Below, piece by piece: positions 25,587 to 34,214 of a stretch of 64,000 bases of DNA. How positions within the stretch are numbered: position 1 is the first letter of the stretch; every line of letters starts with the position of its first letter. The DNA comes from a virus. The stretch is from IMG/VR virus record IMGVR_UViG_3300042691_030495. One strand, 5' to 3'. The position numbers were made by a program, and so were the translations under genes. The notes beneath the pieces are model-generated. The model worked only from the letters and a program-made list of their open reading frames with translations, was not told the origin of the DNA and did not search any database.

Positions 25587-25727
25587 ATGGCAAAAGGTAA
25601 AGGCGGGGGAAAACCTACCACCCCGGTAAAAGATAATTCTGGCGCAGATCGCAATAATGGTAAAGCTAGAAAAAAGCACCCCAAGATGTTTGACCCAGTC
25701 AAGCGTAGGTTAGTTGCTGTAAAGTAA
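25587..25727 (+). CDS. 46-aa basic peptide
   Basis: AAGGAG SD; MAKGKGGGKPTTPVKDNSGADRNNGKARKKHPKMFDPVKRRLVAVK. Confidence 0.65.
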   Translation: MAKGKGGGKPTTPVKDNSGADRNNGKARKKHPKMFDPVKRRLVAVK

Positions 25728-25734
25728 CTAATAA

Positions 25735-25806
25735 TCCTCTCTAGCTCAACGGCAGAGCGTTCGACTGTTAATCGAATGGTTCGTGGTTCGAATCCACGGG
25801 GAGGAG
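25735..25806 (+). tRNA. tRNA-Asn(GTT)
   Basis: Cloverleaf; anticodon arm TTCGA-CTGTTAA-TCGAA; GGTTCGAATCC T-arm; CCA not encoded. Confidence 0.93.
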
Positions 25807-25971
25807 CGGAGACTTAACCTCTCCAAGAAGCGGGCCCATCAGTAAACGAGCTTTCCTCAAAAAACCTGAAATGGGCTCGCTTTCTTATTCACTAAAACTT
25901 GACATAATCTTTAAGTATGATACACTTATAGTCTATTTGACTTATCTACCTTAATTTGCTAGTTTGACTCC

Positions 25972-26370
25972 ATGATAAGAATATGGAAAACACTTACAGT
26001 TCTAGGGCTAGCAACACTAGTCCTATCTTCGTCTGTAGCTCTCGTAGCTCCGGCGCAAGCTGTTAGTAGAGGATATCTACTAGCATCCACAGTGGTTGCA
26101 TCCAGTGAAGCCGTTAAGATCTCTCAGCAAGCGCCTGGATCATCTAGAGCAAAACTAGAGTGGGTGCCAGTCACTAATGCTACTGAATACAGAATCTATA
26201 AGACTGGCTCTATTAGACCGGCTTGGAGGCTATTTGCAATCTCTCCAGCTGGAGCTACTAGTAGGACCGTAGTAGATGCACCTGGTGCAGTTGCCATTTA
26301 TAGAGTGATGGCTGTCGTTAACGCTAAAGAGGTTTTAATAGGCAGAGTTAACTATATTCCAACTCGTTAA
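25972..26370 (+). CDS. Secreted protein with signal peptide and Fn3-like fold
   Basis: Hydrophobic N-terminus ending in AQA; L.W.PV..ATEYRIY...YRVMAV. Confidence 0.6.
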   Translation: MIRIWKTLTVLGLATLVLSSSVALVAPAQAVSRGYLLASTVVASSEAVKISQQAPGSSRAKLEWVPVTNATEYRIYKTGSIRPAWRLFAISPAGATSRTVVDAPGAVAIYRVMAVVNAKEVLIGRVNYIPTR

Positions 26371-26505
26371 GGTACTAAATATAGCACGTTGGTGCCCGCC
26401 ATTTGTATAGTTAATGTACAAAAGGTAGTGTACAAAAACCTTGTATAAACTTAAACCTAAGGTTGTACAAAATAGTGACAAATAGGCGTCTTTGCTGCCC
26501 TATTC

Positions 26506-27108
26506 TCACAGCTTTTCAACGCTAATGTTGGCTATCATGCTTAGCCGGTAGTCGTGGTCTTTTGGGTGTTCCCATGCGTGGAAGTAGTCTCCATCAAAAA
26601 GTACTGCCCTACCGGCTTTAGGGGAGAGCCTTTTCATAATCTTTAGCTCTTCTTGCTTGTGAATATTTCCGTCCACCTTTAGGTCATACATAATGGTATC
26701 TCCGTCAGAGTCATTTAGAAATATTAAAAGAATGTAGTGCTTATATCTGTTTCTTAGGTCTACGTGGGGGGTTAGTGGTCTATTGTCTTTTGAAAGAGGT
26801 GTTAGATTGACCCTTGTCCTAAAAAAGTCTAAAACCTTAAAGTTATGCTTGTCGCAGAACTTGTCTACTAGCTTGTGGGCTAGGGGGAGAAGTGGACTGT
26901 TTATGTCTTCTGGATCGGGCTCAGAGACTACAACTAGTCTATCTAAGAAGTTAGGTCCTTCTATTCCATAAATCCCATCGTTGGCTGCCCCGATTGATGG
27001 GTTTAAGGAGAATGGGAGCTCTAAAATAGAATCTTTTAGCTCAGCCAAGTCCTCTAAACTCAAGAAATTATCATCAATTATGTAGTCCGGGAATCTGTTT
27101 TCTATCAT
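26506..27108 (-). CDS. 2OG-Fe(II) oxygenase
   Basis: PHVD...FLNDSDGDT...PKAGRAVLFDG..FHA...R. Confidence 0.85.
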   Translation of the reverse strand: MIENRFPDYIIDDNFLSLEDLAELKDSILELPFSLNPSIGAANDGIYGIEGPNFLDRLVVVSEPDPEDINSPLLPLAHKLVDKFCDKHNFKVLDFFRTRVNLTPLSKDNRPLTPHVDLRNRYKHYILLIFLNDSDGDTIMYDLKVDGNIHKQEELKIMKRLSPKAGRAVLFDGDYFHAWEHPKDHDYRLSMIANISVEKL

Positions 27109-27182
27109 TTTTACAGTATAGCAAGAACTATAAGCGCCCCTATTCCTTTGCAGAGGGAGAGTTTTCTTTGTATACTGTAAAT

Positions 27183-27776
27183 ATGAAATTAGACAAAATA
27201 GAAGTGGCCCCCGGGTTTGTTGACGATGCAGACATTTCTTACTACATAGACTTGATAAACAGGCTTGAAAAAGATGAGCTAGACAATTTTATGGTTGTCC
27301 AAGACGGGAAAAGAAGAACACTAATCTTTGGTAACTATGAAAATGACATTAAGAATAAGCTTCTTGCTAGGCCCACTATGGATCTTTTTAAGGGGGAGGA
27401 ACTAGTTAAAGTACGTAGTCTAATCTCTAAAATACTAGACAAGATTAAAGATTTTTATAGCGTCACTGATGATCTCTATATGTGCTCTATGTTTGTGGCC
27501 AAACAGTATCCTGGGGCTGAGGTGGGGATGCACTCTGATGTAGATAACGGAGTAAACCTTCACTTTGAGTACAGCGCTGTTTTATATTTAAACACTCTAA
27601 AAGTTGGCGGTGAGCTTAAGTTTGTCAGCTTAAACTACTCTCACAAGCCAGAGAAGGGCGATCTTGTATTCTTCCCTAGTAAAACAACTGGAATGCACTA
27701 CGTTAAGCCTGTCGAGGAAGACAGGTATAGCTTGTGCTTCTGGACAACAAAAGATAAAAACTTTGAGCTGAAATAG
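27183..27776 (+). CDS. 2OG-Fe(II) oxygenase, P4H-like
   Basis: HSD...YLN...GGEL.F...HYV...RY; leaderless ATG after TATACT. Confidence 0.85.
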   Translation: MKLDKIEVAPGFVDDADISYYIDLINRLEKDELDNFMVVQDGKRRTLIFGNYENDIKNKLLARPTMDLFKGEELVKVRSLISKILDKIKDFYSVTDDLYMCSMFVAKQYPGAEVGMHSDVDNGVNLHFEYSAVLYLNTLKVGGELKFVSLNYSHKPEKGDLVFFPSKTTGMHYVKPVEEDRYSLCFWTTKDKNFELK

Positions 27777-28465
27777 TGGACGCCCCTATTAGAGCCGGAA
27801 AAGCCCTCCTCTATGCTCGAGTATCTACAGCGCTACAAGTGAGCGATGGAGTGTCGCTAGACGTGCAGGAACGCACAATGGTGAACGCTGCTGAGTTCCA
27901 TGGCTTTGAATCATGGGAGCTGGTGCGTGAAGAGGGTAAGTCTGGTAAGTCGATTACTGGTAGGCCGGCTTTGACAGAGACGTTGGGGCGCTTGAAGCGC
28001 AAAGAAGTAGACGCCCTTATTGTTACAAGAATAGACAGACTTGCTAGGTCGACTACAGACTTCTTGGATATCGTGGATAGAGCCAACAAGGAGGGGTGGA
28101 GGTTGATCATGTTGGACCTAAACCTAGACACCTCGACCTACCAGGGGCGCTTCGTTGTGACGGTGATGTCGGCGCTCGCTGAGATGGAGCGAGGCATTAT
28201 TGCTGCTCGCCAGAAAGACGTGCATAAAGACCGCCGCGAGCGGGGGATTGTTTGGGGTGTGGATATGGGGCCTAAGAACAAGACTCCAGCTGAGGTCAAG
28301 GAGCGCATCTTGTCGGAGCGAAATCGTGGACGCGCCTATGGAAAGATTGCTGATGATCTGAACAGGGACGAGGTGCCTACGCAGAATGGTAGAAAGTGGT
28401 ACGCGTCAACTGTAAAGAATATAGTAGACGCCACTATTGTTGGGGAATCAAAAGATGAAGCCTAG
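27776..28465 (+). CDS. Serine recombinase (resolvase/invertase family)
   Basis: YARVST, SG...GRPAL, RIDRLARS, ALAEMER. Confidence 0.92.
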   Translation: MDAPIRAGKALLYARVSTALQVSDGVSLDVQERTMVNAAEFHGFESWELVREEGKSGKSITGRPALTETLGRLKRKEVDALIVTRIDRLARSTTDFLDIVDRANKEGWRLIMLDLNLDTSTYQGRFVVTVMSALAEMERGIIAARQKDVHKDRRERGIVWGVDMGPKNKTPAEVKERILSERNRGRAYGKIADDLNRDEVPTQNGRKWYASTVKNIVDATIVGESKDEA

Positions 28466-29360
28466 GTCATTTAACAAGGTTGATATTGATGCTGAGCGTG
28501 GTGTGGTCCGTAAGTCATCCACGGACGTAGAAAAGCTTAAAAACGAAATCCTATTTTACGTAGATGCTCCTGATGGAGTAAAGAAGCTTATGCCTAAACT
28601 ATATAGGTATTCTGAGGACTTTTCTTGGTACGAGATGGAGTATCTAGAATGGACTACTATAACTGAGCTAGTCAATAGCAGGGAGCTATCTTCGGAGGAG
28701 TGGGCCTCTATATTCTTTTCAATAAGCGAAGCTTATATGTCATTTAATGAAAACTTAGAGGATACCTCTTTTTCCTACCTTTACGAGATCTTTATAGGTA
28801 AGGCGCTAAAAAGAGCTCGTGGGCTAGACAATAAAGAGCTTAGAAACATATTCTTTAACGGATGTATTGTAAATGGGGTTGCAAGAAGGGGGTTAGCAGA
28901 TTCACTAATATCTCAAATGGGAGTGCTGTTTAGGGTAACTAAAGAAGTTTCTTTGCTGCATGGTGATTTTTGCTTCTCCAACATACTGATTAGCAACGAC
29001 TTAAAAAAGATTAAAGTTTTAGATCCTAGAGGAGGATTTAACGAACCTTCGATATATGGCCCTAAGGCTTATGACATAGCTAAATTGGCTCAGAGTTGCT
29101 ATAGCTGGTACGACAAAATAGTAGAGGGTCACTACAAACTTGTAAGGTCGGACAACGGTTATGAACTATTTACGGTTGGTGAAATCTGGACAATCGATGC
29201 CAGGATTGCTTTTGATCCAATGTTAGAAACATTTGACTTAACTGAAAATGATGCTAAGATTTTAGCTGGGTTAATGCTTGCTGGGACCCCTGCATTGCAC
29301 CTAGATGACCCCGAAAGGGCCATATCACTGGCCCTAAACGCCGTTCTACTGCTTTCCTAG
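28455..29360 (+). CDS. APH/choline-kinase-like phosphotransferase (capsule/sugar-kinase type)
   Basis: LLHGDFCFSNIL, LDPRG, YDIAKL. Confidence 0.75.
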   Translation: MKPRSFNKVDIDAERGVVRKSSTDVEKLKNEILFYVDAPDGVKKLMPKLYRYSEDFSWYEMEYLEWTTITELVNSRELSSEEWASIFFSISEAYMSFNENLEDTSFSYLYEIFIGKALKRARGLDNKELRNIFFNGCIVNGVARRGLADSLISQMGVLFRVTKEVSLLHGDFCFSNILISNDLKKIKVLDPRGGFNEPSIYGPKAYDIAKLAQSCYSWYDKIVEGHYKLVRSDNGYELFTVGEIWTIDARIAFDPMLETFDLTENDAKILAGLMLAGTPALHLDDPERAISLALNAVLLLS

Positions 29361-29381
29361 AATTTCGGGTAGACTGGCCCT

Positions 29382-29780
29382 ATGTCAATCCCAAACAGAG
29401 TAAAAATTGGTGCGCAGATCTTTAAGGTCGAAGAGCGTAGCGTAAAGCAAGACGGCACCCTTAACGATAACTCTTATGGTTACACTTTGGACCAGGGGAA
29501 CTTAATAGTAATAGACGCCTCTATTGCCTTCACTAAAAAACAGCAGACGCTCCTACACGAAGTGATTCATGCTCTAGGGATGGTACATGCTGCGGGAATG
29601 AAGCAACCTAGTGGCAAAGATGAGTATGAAGTCTGGGAACATCATTTTATTGGCATTTGGGAATCTCCTATGTTATTGTTCATCAAAGACAATCCAGAGG
29701 TTATAGAGTGGTTGCAACTAGAAGAGGAGCCTGAAGTTGGGTCGAAGAAAAAGCCAGGAGCCGTCAGGTCCAAGGCCTAA
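29382..29780 (+). CDS. HEXXH zincin-like phage protein
   Basis: IPNRVKIG...QTLLHEVIHA. Confidence 0.7.
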   Translation: MSIPNRVKIGAQIFKVEERSVKQDGTLNDNSYGYTLDQGNLIVIDASIAFTKKQQTLLHEVIHALGMVHAAGMKQPSGKDEYEVWEHHFIGIWESPMLLFIKDNPEVIEWLQLEEEPEVGSKKKPGAVRSKA

Positions 29781-30078
29781 CGATGCTTGGGTCTGTGAAA
29801 CCTCGATCCAAGTCAATGGGAGAAACGTCACTCTTGGCACTGAAGTAAAAATTCGTGGCGTCCGGGGAAGATTTAGGTTTGTAAAGAAAGTCACCACTCC
29901 TACCACCGAGTGGATAGATGTTTGGGGTGGCCCTAAGGGAGCCGAGTCTATGAGAAGTTTTAGGGTGGGGCAGATAAAAACAGTTCACTATAAAAACCAA
30001 ACTGTAGGCAATCTTGCAGTAGAGTACAAAGAGAAGAAAGCTGCCAAGAAGGCAGAGCTAGAGAATGGTGAGGATTAG
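29737..30078 (+). CDS. Hypothetical phage protein
   Basis: Overlaps both neighbours; GTEVKIRG.RGRFRF...WIDVWGG...RSF. Confidence 0.6.
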   Translation: MGRRKSQEPSGPRPNDAWVCETSIQVNGRNVTLGTEVKIRGVRGRFRFVKKVTTPTTEWIDVWGGPKGAESMRSFRVGQIKTVHYKNQTVGNLAVEYKEKKAAKKAELENGED

Positions 30079-30541
30079 ACCAAAAATGAGTTGTTCATGC
30101 AAAACTGTAAACGCCCCTATTGTTGACATCGAAGTCCTAGAAGGCGGATCTATTCCTAAGTATGCAAGGGATGGGGATGCTGGTGCGGACCTGACTTCAA
30201 GTGGGTATGCGCTTATACCTGCTGGCGGTCGTGCACTTGTGAAGACTGGGATAAAGATTGCAATTCCTTATGGGTATGTTGGTCTGGTACACCCTAGAAG
30301 TGGTCTAGCTCTAAAAAGTGGAATCACTGTGCTTAACACTCCTGGGACTATCGACTCTGGTTATAGAGGTGAGGTAGGGGTAATTCTCTACAACACAACG
30401 GATAGCTACTTTGAAGTTCAGGCTGGAGATAGGATTGCTCAGCTTGTTGTGCAAAAGGTCGAAACCGTTGAGTTTAATCCAGTAGACGCCCTTACTGAAA
30501 GCGACAGAGGCGAAGGCGGATTTGGATCTACAGGAGTTTAG
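30065..30541 (+). CDS. dut: Trimeric dUTPase
   Basis: GDAGADL, PRSGLA, GTIDSGYRGE, DRIAQL, RGEGGFGSTG. Confidence 0.96.
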   Translation: MVRIRPKMSCSCKTVNAPIVDIEVLEGGSIPKYARDGDAGADLTSSGYALIPAGGRALVKTGIKIAIPYGYVGLVHPRSGLALKSGITVLNTPGTIDSGYRGEVGVILYNTTDSYFEVQAGDRIAQLVVQKVETVEFNPVDALTESDRGEGGFGSTGV

Positions 30542-31161
30542 AGAAGTTTTTCTATCTCTGAGCAGATTAGATTGTAAGCTTCTTCTGAAGTAAGTGGCGG
30601 ATGATCTTGGTTCTGCATGGGCTCTACGATACCTTCAGTAACGTTTTTGTGGTAGTAGTCCAACAGCGTATAGTTGTGGAATCTCTTAATTAGCTTTCCA
30701 TCTCGGTCTACCAAAAACTTCTCAAAGTTCCCGCCCATCGCTTCGTTGGAGTCTTTTGTAAGCTCCTTATAGAGCTCGTGGGTCTCAGCGTAGTTGTTAC
30801 GCTTCTCTCTCCAAGTCTCGTGGGGATTAGATGTGACTAGCTCGGAAAACTCAAATGTTACGTTGTATTTGTTTACTGCATAGTCTTTGGCGTCTTCTCC
30901 ACAGCTAATGCCATTTTCTGCGTACTCGTTGTAAGTAATCCCAGGGCCGCAAAAGTCGTTAGTTGGCACAGCAACTATCTCAAAGCCTTGATCTTTGTAC
31001 TTTTTATATATCTCTTCTAGGGTCTCTAACTGAGGGGAGTTTCCGCAGTCGGCCGTTACGTTGACAATCATAGATACTTTGCCCTTGAACTTGGATAGAA
31101 AGTTTTCTTCTCCCTCTAGGGACTTAAGTGGTATATCGTAGATGGATTCTATGGTGCTCAT
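30538..31161 (-). CDS. Glutathione peroxidase-family protein
   Basis: GKV..IVNVTADCG..PQ...LE.IY, P.NDF, NFEKFLVDRDG. Confidence 0.85.
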   Translation of the reverse strand: MSTIESIYDIPLKSLEGEENFLSKFKGKVSMIVNVTADCGNSPQLETLEEIYKKYKDQGFEIVAVPTNDFCGPGITYNEYAENGISCGEDAKDYAVNKYNVTFEFSELVTSNPHETWREKRNNYAETHELYKELTKDSNEAMGGNFEKFLVDRDGKLIKRFHNYTLLDYYHKNVTEGIVEPMQNQDHPPLTSEEAYNLICSEIEKLL

Positions 31162-31233
31162 TTATCCTCGGTTTGATCGTAATTACTGGGCTTGTTATAT
31201 CATTTTACCCTAGCCCAAGGTATACTAGTGGTT

Positions 31234-31896
31234 ATGGATAAATTTATGGGACCGATTGTAATAGACGATTTTCTAGACAGTAGCTTGATAGTAGAGCTAG
31301 TAGAGTTCCTAGACCCTATGCTAAAGGACAGCCCTAGGCAGGCAATGCGTGGAGCTTTGGGATACGAGACCTCTGCAATAGCTGCTTCTGTCGGTAGTGG
31401 GACTCCTGCTGTCCCGGGATTCGAGGGCACTGAATCAGAAAAAACCGTTAGAGCTTTAGAAGACGTATACAAAAGAGTCAGAGTTTCCATGGAAGAACAC
31501 TTTGGCGTCGAGATGGATTTAGTAAACTGCAACTACCAAGAGCTAGGAGAGGGTGGAAGTAACCCTCTTCACTCGGATAGTACAAAACTAGATGGCTCTC
31601 CTTGGAGAGATGATGGCATTGAAGAAGAGTTGGAGTTTTCTGCTCTTGTCTATCTAAATAGCGTAGGGGTAGATTTCACTGGTGGAGAGATAGAGTTTCC
31701 TCTACAAAATATATTGATAAAGCCTAAAGCAGGCCAGCTGGTCTACTTTAGAGGCGACATAGACCACATACACGAAGTAAAGACCGTCACTGGTGGCCTA
31801 AGAAAAGTCCTAGTATTCTTCTTTGCGCGAAAAGGCAACATCTCTTCAGTTCAGTTTTTTGCAGAAGATGTAGCTGGTGGAGACGTAATTAACTAG
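31234..31896 (+). CDS. 2OG-Fe(II) oxygenase, P4H-like
   Basis: HSD...YLN...DFTGGEIEF...HEV...R. Confidence 0.87.
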   Translation: MDKFMGPIVIDDFLDSSLIVELVEFLDPMLKDSPRQAMRGALGYETSAIAASVGSGTPAVPGFEGTESEKTVRALEDVYKRVRVSMEEHFGVEMDLVNCNYQELGEGGSNPLHSDSTKLDGSPWRDDGIEEELEFSALVYLNSVGVDFTGGEIEFPLQNILIKPKAGQLVYFRGDIDHIHEVKTVTGGLRKVLVFFFARKGNISSVQFFAEDVAGGDVIN

Positions 31897-32222
31897 TAAT
31901 TAGTTCCATTTATATAGTTGGCTAGATCCTCGTACTCTTTATTGGTTTCCGCGTGCTTTATTACTTTGTAGTACTGAGCTGCAACTTCATCCTGCATTGA
32001 GTTCCAATCAAGGGAGTCAACAAGAATTGGGTGCCAAGCTGTTCCGTCAAACACTGCAGGCTCCTCTTCGCCGTACACATAGACATAGCCCATCTTCTGG
32101 CCTTGCTCTTCGAACGGGCTGTCTAGGATTCCGTCTGGGTCTGGCCATAAGCGAACTCCGCGAAGTAGCCCTGCGCGAGGATTGATCTTGGTAGCGGCTT
32201 GACTTTTTTCTTCAGTTGTCAT
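31893..32222 (-). CDS. Hypothetical protein
   Basis: GGAG SD upstream; 109-aa ORF. Confidence 0.6.
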   Translation of the reverse strand: MTTEEKSQAATKINPRAGLLRGVRLWPDPDGILDSPFEEQGQKMGYVYVYGEEEPAVFDGTAWHPILVDSLDWNSMQDEVAAQYYKVIKHAETNKEYEDLANYINGTNY

Positions 32223-32318
32223 ATTATTCTCCTATACTAGAAAGTAGTGAACGTCATTATTACCATAGGAAAAAGTATACATGTCAAACACTGATTTTGC
32301 AAAAATAGGGGGTAAGAG

Positions 32319-33254
32319 GTGAGTTACCTAAACAAAACAATTTTTGTTATGGTCCCTGCTTATAGAGATCCAGTGCTTAGGGAGACTCTTGATTCAATAT
32401 TTCAAAATGCCTTGAACCCTGAAAGAGTGTTTGTTGCTATTGGTGCTCAGTACGATAATGAAATTCCAATGCCAGATCTTACGGGGCTTCCTAGTAAAAA
32501 CCTAAGATTGTTGACTATACACCCTGAAAATAGGCCAGGGGTATACAGGCTTAGAAGCATCCTTAATAAGTTGTATGCTGGCGAAGACTACTATCTATCT
32601 ATAGATTCTCACACCTTTTTGGCGGAAGGCTGGGACGAAGAGTTAATCCGCAGCTTAGAGTCATTCAATGACAAGAAGACAGTACTACAGGCTTACGAGC
32701 CTGGCTCAATTTTGCACAAGAATGGCACCATGAAGTATATTCACTATCAGATGTCTGTCAGCTTAGATAATGAAGTAAATATCCCGAGGCTTGTTATGAA
32801 AGATTTAATATACAAAGACTTATTAGAGACTGAAGAGATGCCTGTTTCAGACTATGTTCAAGCTGGAATGATATTCACTAGAGGAACCTTTGCAGATGAG
32901 ATTAGATGGGGCGAACTCTGGCAAAATGACCAAGAAGAGCCGTTCCTATCTTTTGAAATGTTTATGCTGGGTTGGACCTCGAGGTTGATGGTGACGCAGA
33001 AAGTTATTAATCATGAACCAGATAGGTATTATGAAACGGTCTACAGTAGTGAGCCGGAGAGCCACAATAGGAATTTTCGTGATAGTTGGGGCATCCAGAA
33101 AGATGATTTGTCTGTAGTGTGCCCCAAGATTTTTGCAGCTATGATTAGTAATTCTGGTCCTTTTAAAGTGTTAAAGGCCATTAAATCTCCTCGAGACTGG
33201 TGGCACTCAATTGGTCTTGAAGACGAGTATGAGAAATATAAAGATCTTTTTTAA
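32319..33254 (+). CDS. GT60-like glycosyltransferase (hydroxyproline GlcNAc-transferase/Gnt1 family)
   Basis: TIFV...AYRDP.L..TL..IF.NA.NPERVFV, EDYYLSIDSH..L..GWD..LI, AGMIF..G.F, EE..LS...F..GW. Confidence 0.8.
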   Translation: MSYLNKTIFVMVPAYRDPVLRETLDSIFQNALNPERVFVAIGAQYDNEIPMPDLTGLPSKNLRLLTIHPENRPGVYRLRSILNKLYAGEDYYLSIDSHTFLAEGWDEELIRSLESFNDKKTVLQAYEPGSILHKNGTMKYIHYQMSVSLDNEVNIPRLVMKDLIYKDLLETEEMPVSDYVQAGMIFTRGTFADEIRWGELWQNDQEEPFLSFEMFMLGWTSRLMVTQKVINHEPDRYYETVYSSEPESHNRNFRDSWGIQKDDLSVVCPKIFAAMISNSGPFKVLKAIKSPRDWWHSIGLEDEYEKYKDLF

Positions 33255-33287
33255 AAGTTTTAGGATAATGTGTATGTTATAAGAAAA

Positions 33288-33361
33288 CGAGACTTAGCTC
33301 AGCTGGTTAGAGCAAACGGCTCATAACCGTTCGGTCGTCGGTTCAAGTCCGACAGTCTCGA
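33288..33361 (+). tRNA. tRNA with CAT anticodon (elongator Met or Ile2)
   Basis: CGAGACT/AGTCTCG acceptor (C1-G72 paired, so not initiator); AACGG-CTCATAA-CCGTT. Confidence 0.9.
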
Positions 33362-33379
33362 CAGAAAGGAAAAGAAAAA

Positions 33380-33889
33380 ATGACAGCACTAAATTTAACT
33401 CCCGAAGCTTTAGCCAGGTTTTGGGCAAAGGTAGATATAAAAGATGAAAAGTCATGCTGGCTTTGGACTAGAGCGGTAAATAGTAAGGGCTATGGTTCTT
33501 TTGCTATAAACGGTAAAGGAGTTTCTGCTCACAAGATATCTTGGGCTTTAGCTAAAAATGATGGAATTTTGTCTGGTCCTAAAGATCACGTTATGCACTC
33601 CTGTGATATTAGATCCTGCGTCAACCCAAACCACTTAAGTCTAGGCAGTGCTCGTGATAATGCTAGAGATGCAATAAGCAAAGGCCGAAATGTAGTGAGA
33701 ATTCCTAGTAAGGATCCGTACTGCAAAAAAGGCCACCCTAGAACTCCTGAGAACACCCACCCCAAGAAGCACACCTGTCTTGTTTGCGAACGAGACTCTA
33801 ACAGAGAATCAAAAAGAAGAGAGCGCGAGAGAGATAGACCGGCTTACAACAAGAAGCACAGAGAGTACTATCAGAGGACTAAGAAGTAG
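33380..33889 (+). CDS. HNH homing endonuclease
   Basis: RFWAKV...CWLW...GYG...AHK...VMHSCD...CVNPNHL..G...DN, then C..GH. Confidence 0.9.
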   Translation: MTALNLTPEALARFWAKVDIKDEKSCWLWTRAVNSKGYGSFAINGKGVSAHKISWALAKNDGILSGPKDHVMHSCDIRSCVNPNHLSLGSARDNARDAISKGRNVVRIPSKDPYCKKGHPRTPENTHPKKHTCLVCERDSNRESKRRERERDRPAYNKKHREYYQRTKK

Positions 33890-33894
33890 AAATT

Positions 33895-34161
33895 ATGATT
33901 GAAAGAGGTAACATACGTCAGGTAGCTGAAGCTATAGGAATGTCCCCCCATACGCTGTACTCGTGGAGACGAATTGGTTTCCTAGAGATGGGAGCTGACG
34001 GCCAAGTTGAGGTTGCCCACGCTCTTAAGATTAAAGCTTTTATGAAAAAGTGGAAGCGAAGCAACAATCAAAATGACAGGATGCCAGCCCTGTTTAGGGG
34101 CGGAATTAGTAACTATCATGAGTCAGTTATAACAAGAATTAAAAAAGATTTAAGACCCTAA
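33895..34161 (+). CDS. MerR-like HTH protein
   Basis: IRQVAEAIGMSPHTLYSWRRIG. Confidence 0.6.
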   Translation: MIERGNIRQVAEAIGMSPHTLYSWRRIGFLEMGADGQVEVAHALKIKAFMKKWKRSNNQNDRMPALFRGGISNYHESVITRIKKDLRP

Positions 34162-34214
34162 GCAGGGCTAAAGCTAGCGGTCTAGACTTCACGGTATGTG
34201 ATTACAATTAACTT

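Noticed and set aside
27776-28465. IS607/transposon or prophage integrase
   Set aside because: No adjacent TnpB or transposase, no terminal repeats, and too short for a large serine integrase.
30538-31161. Selenocysteine in the peroxidase
   Set aside because: The active-site codon is TGC (Cys).
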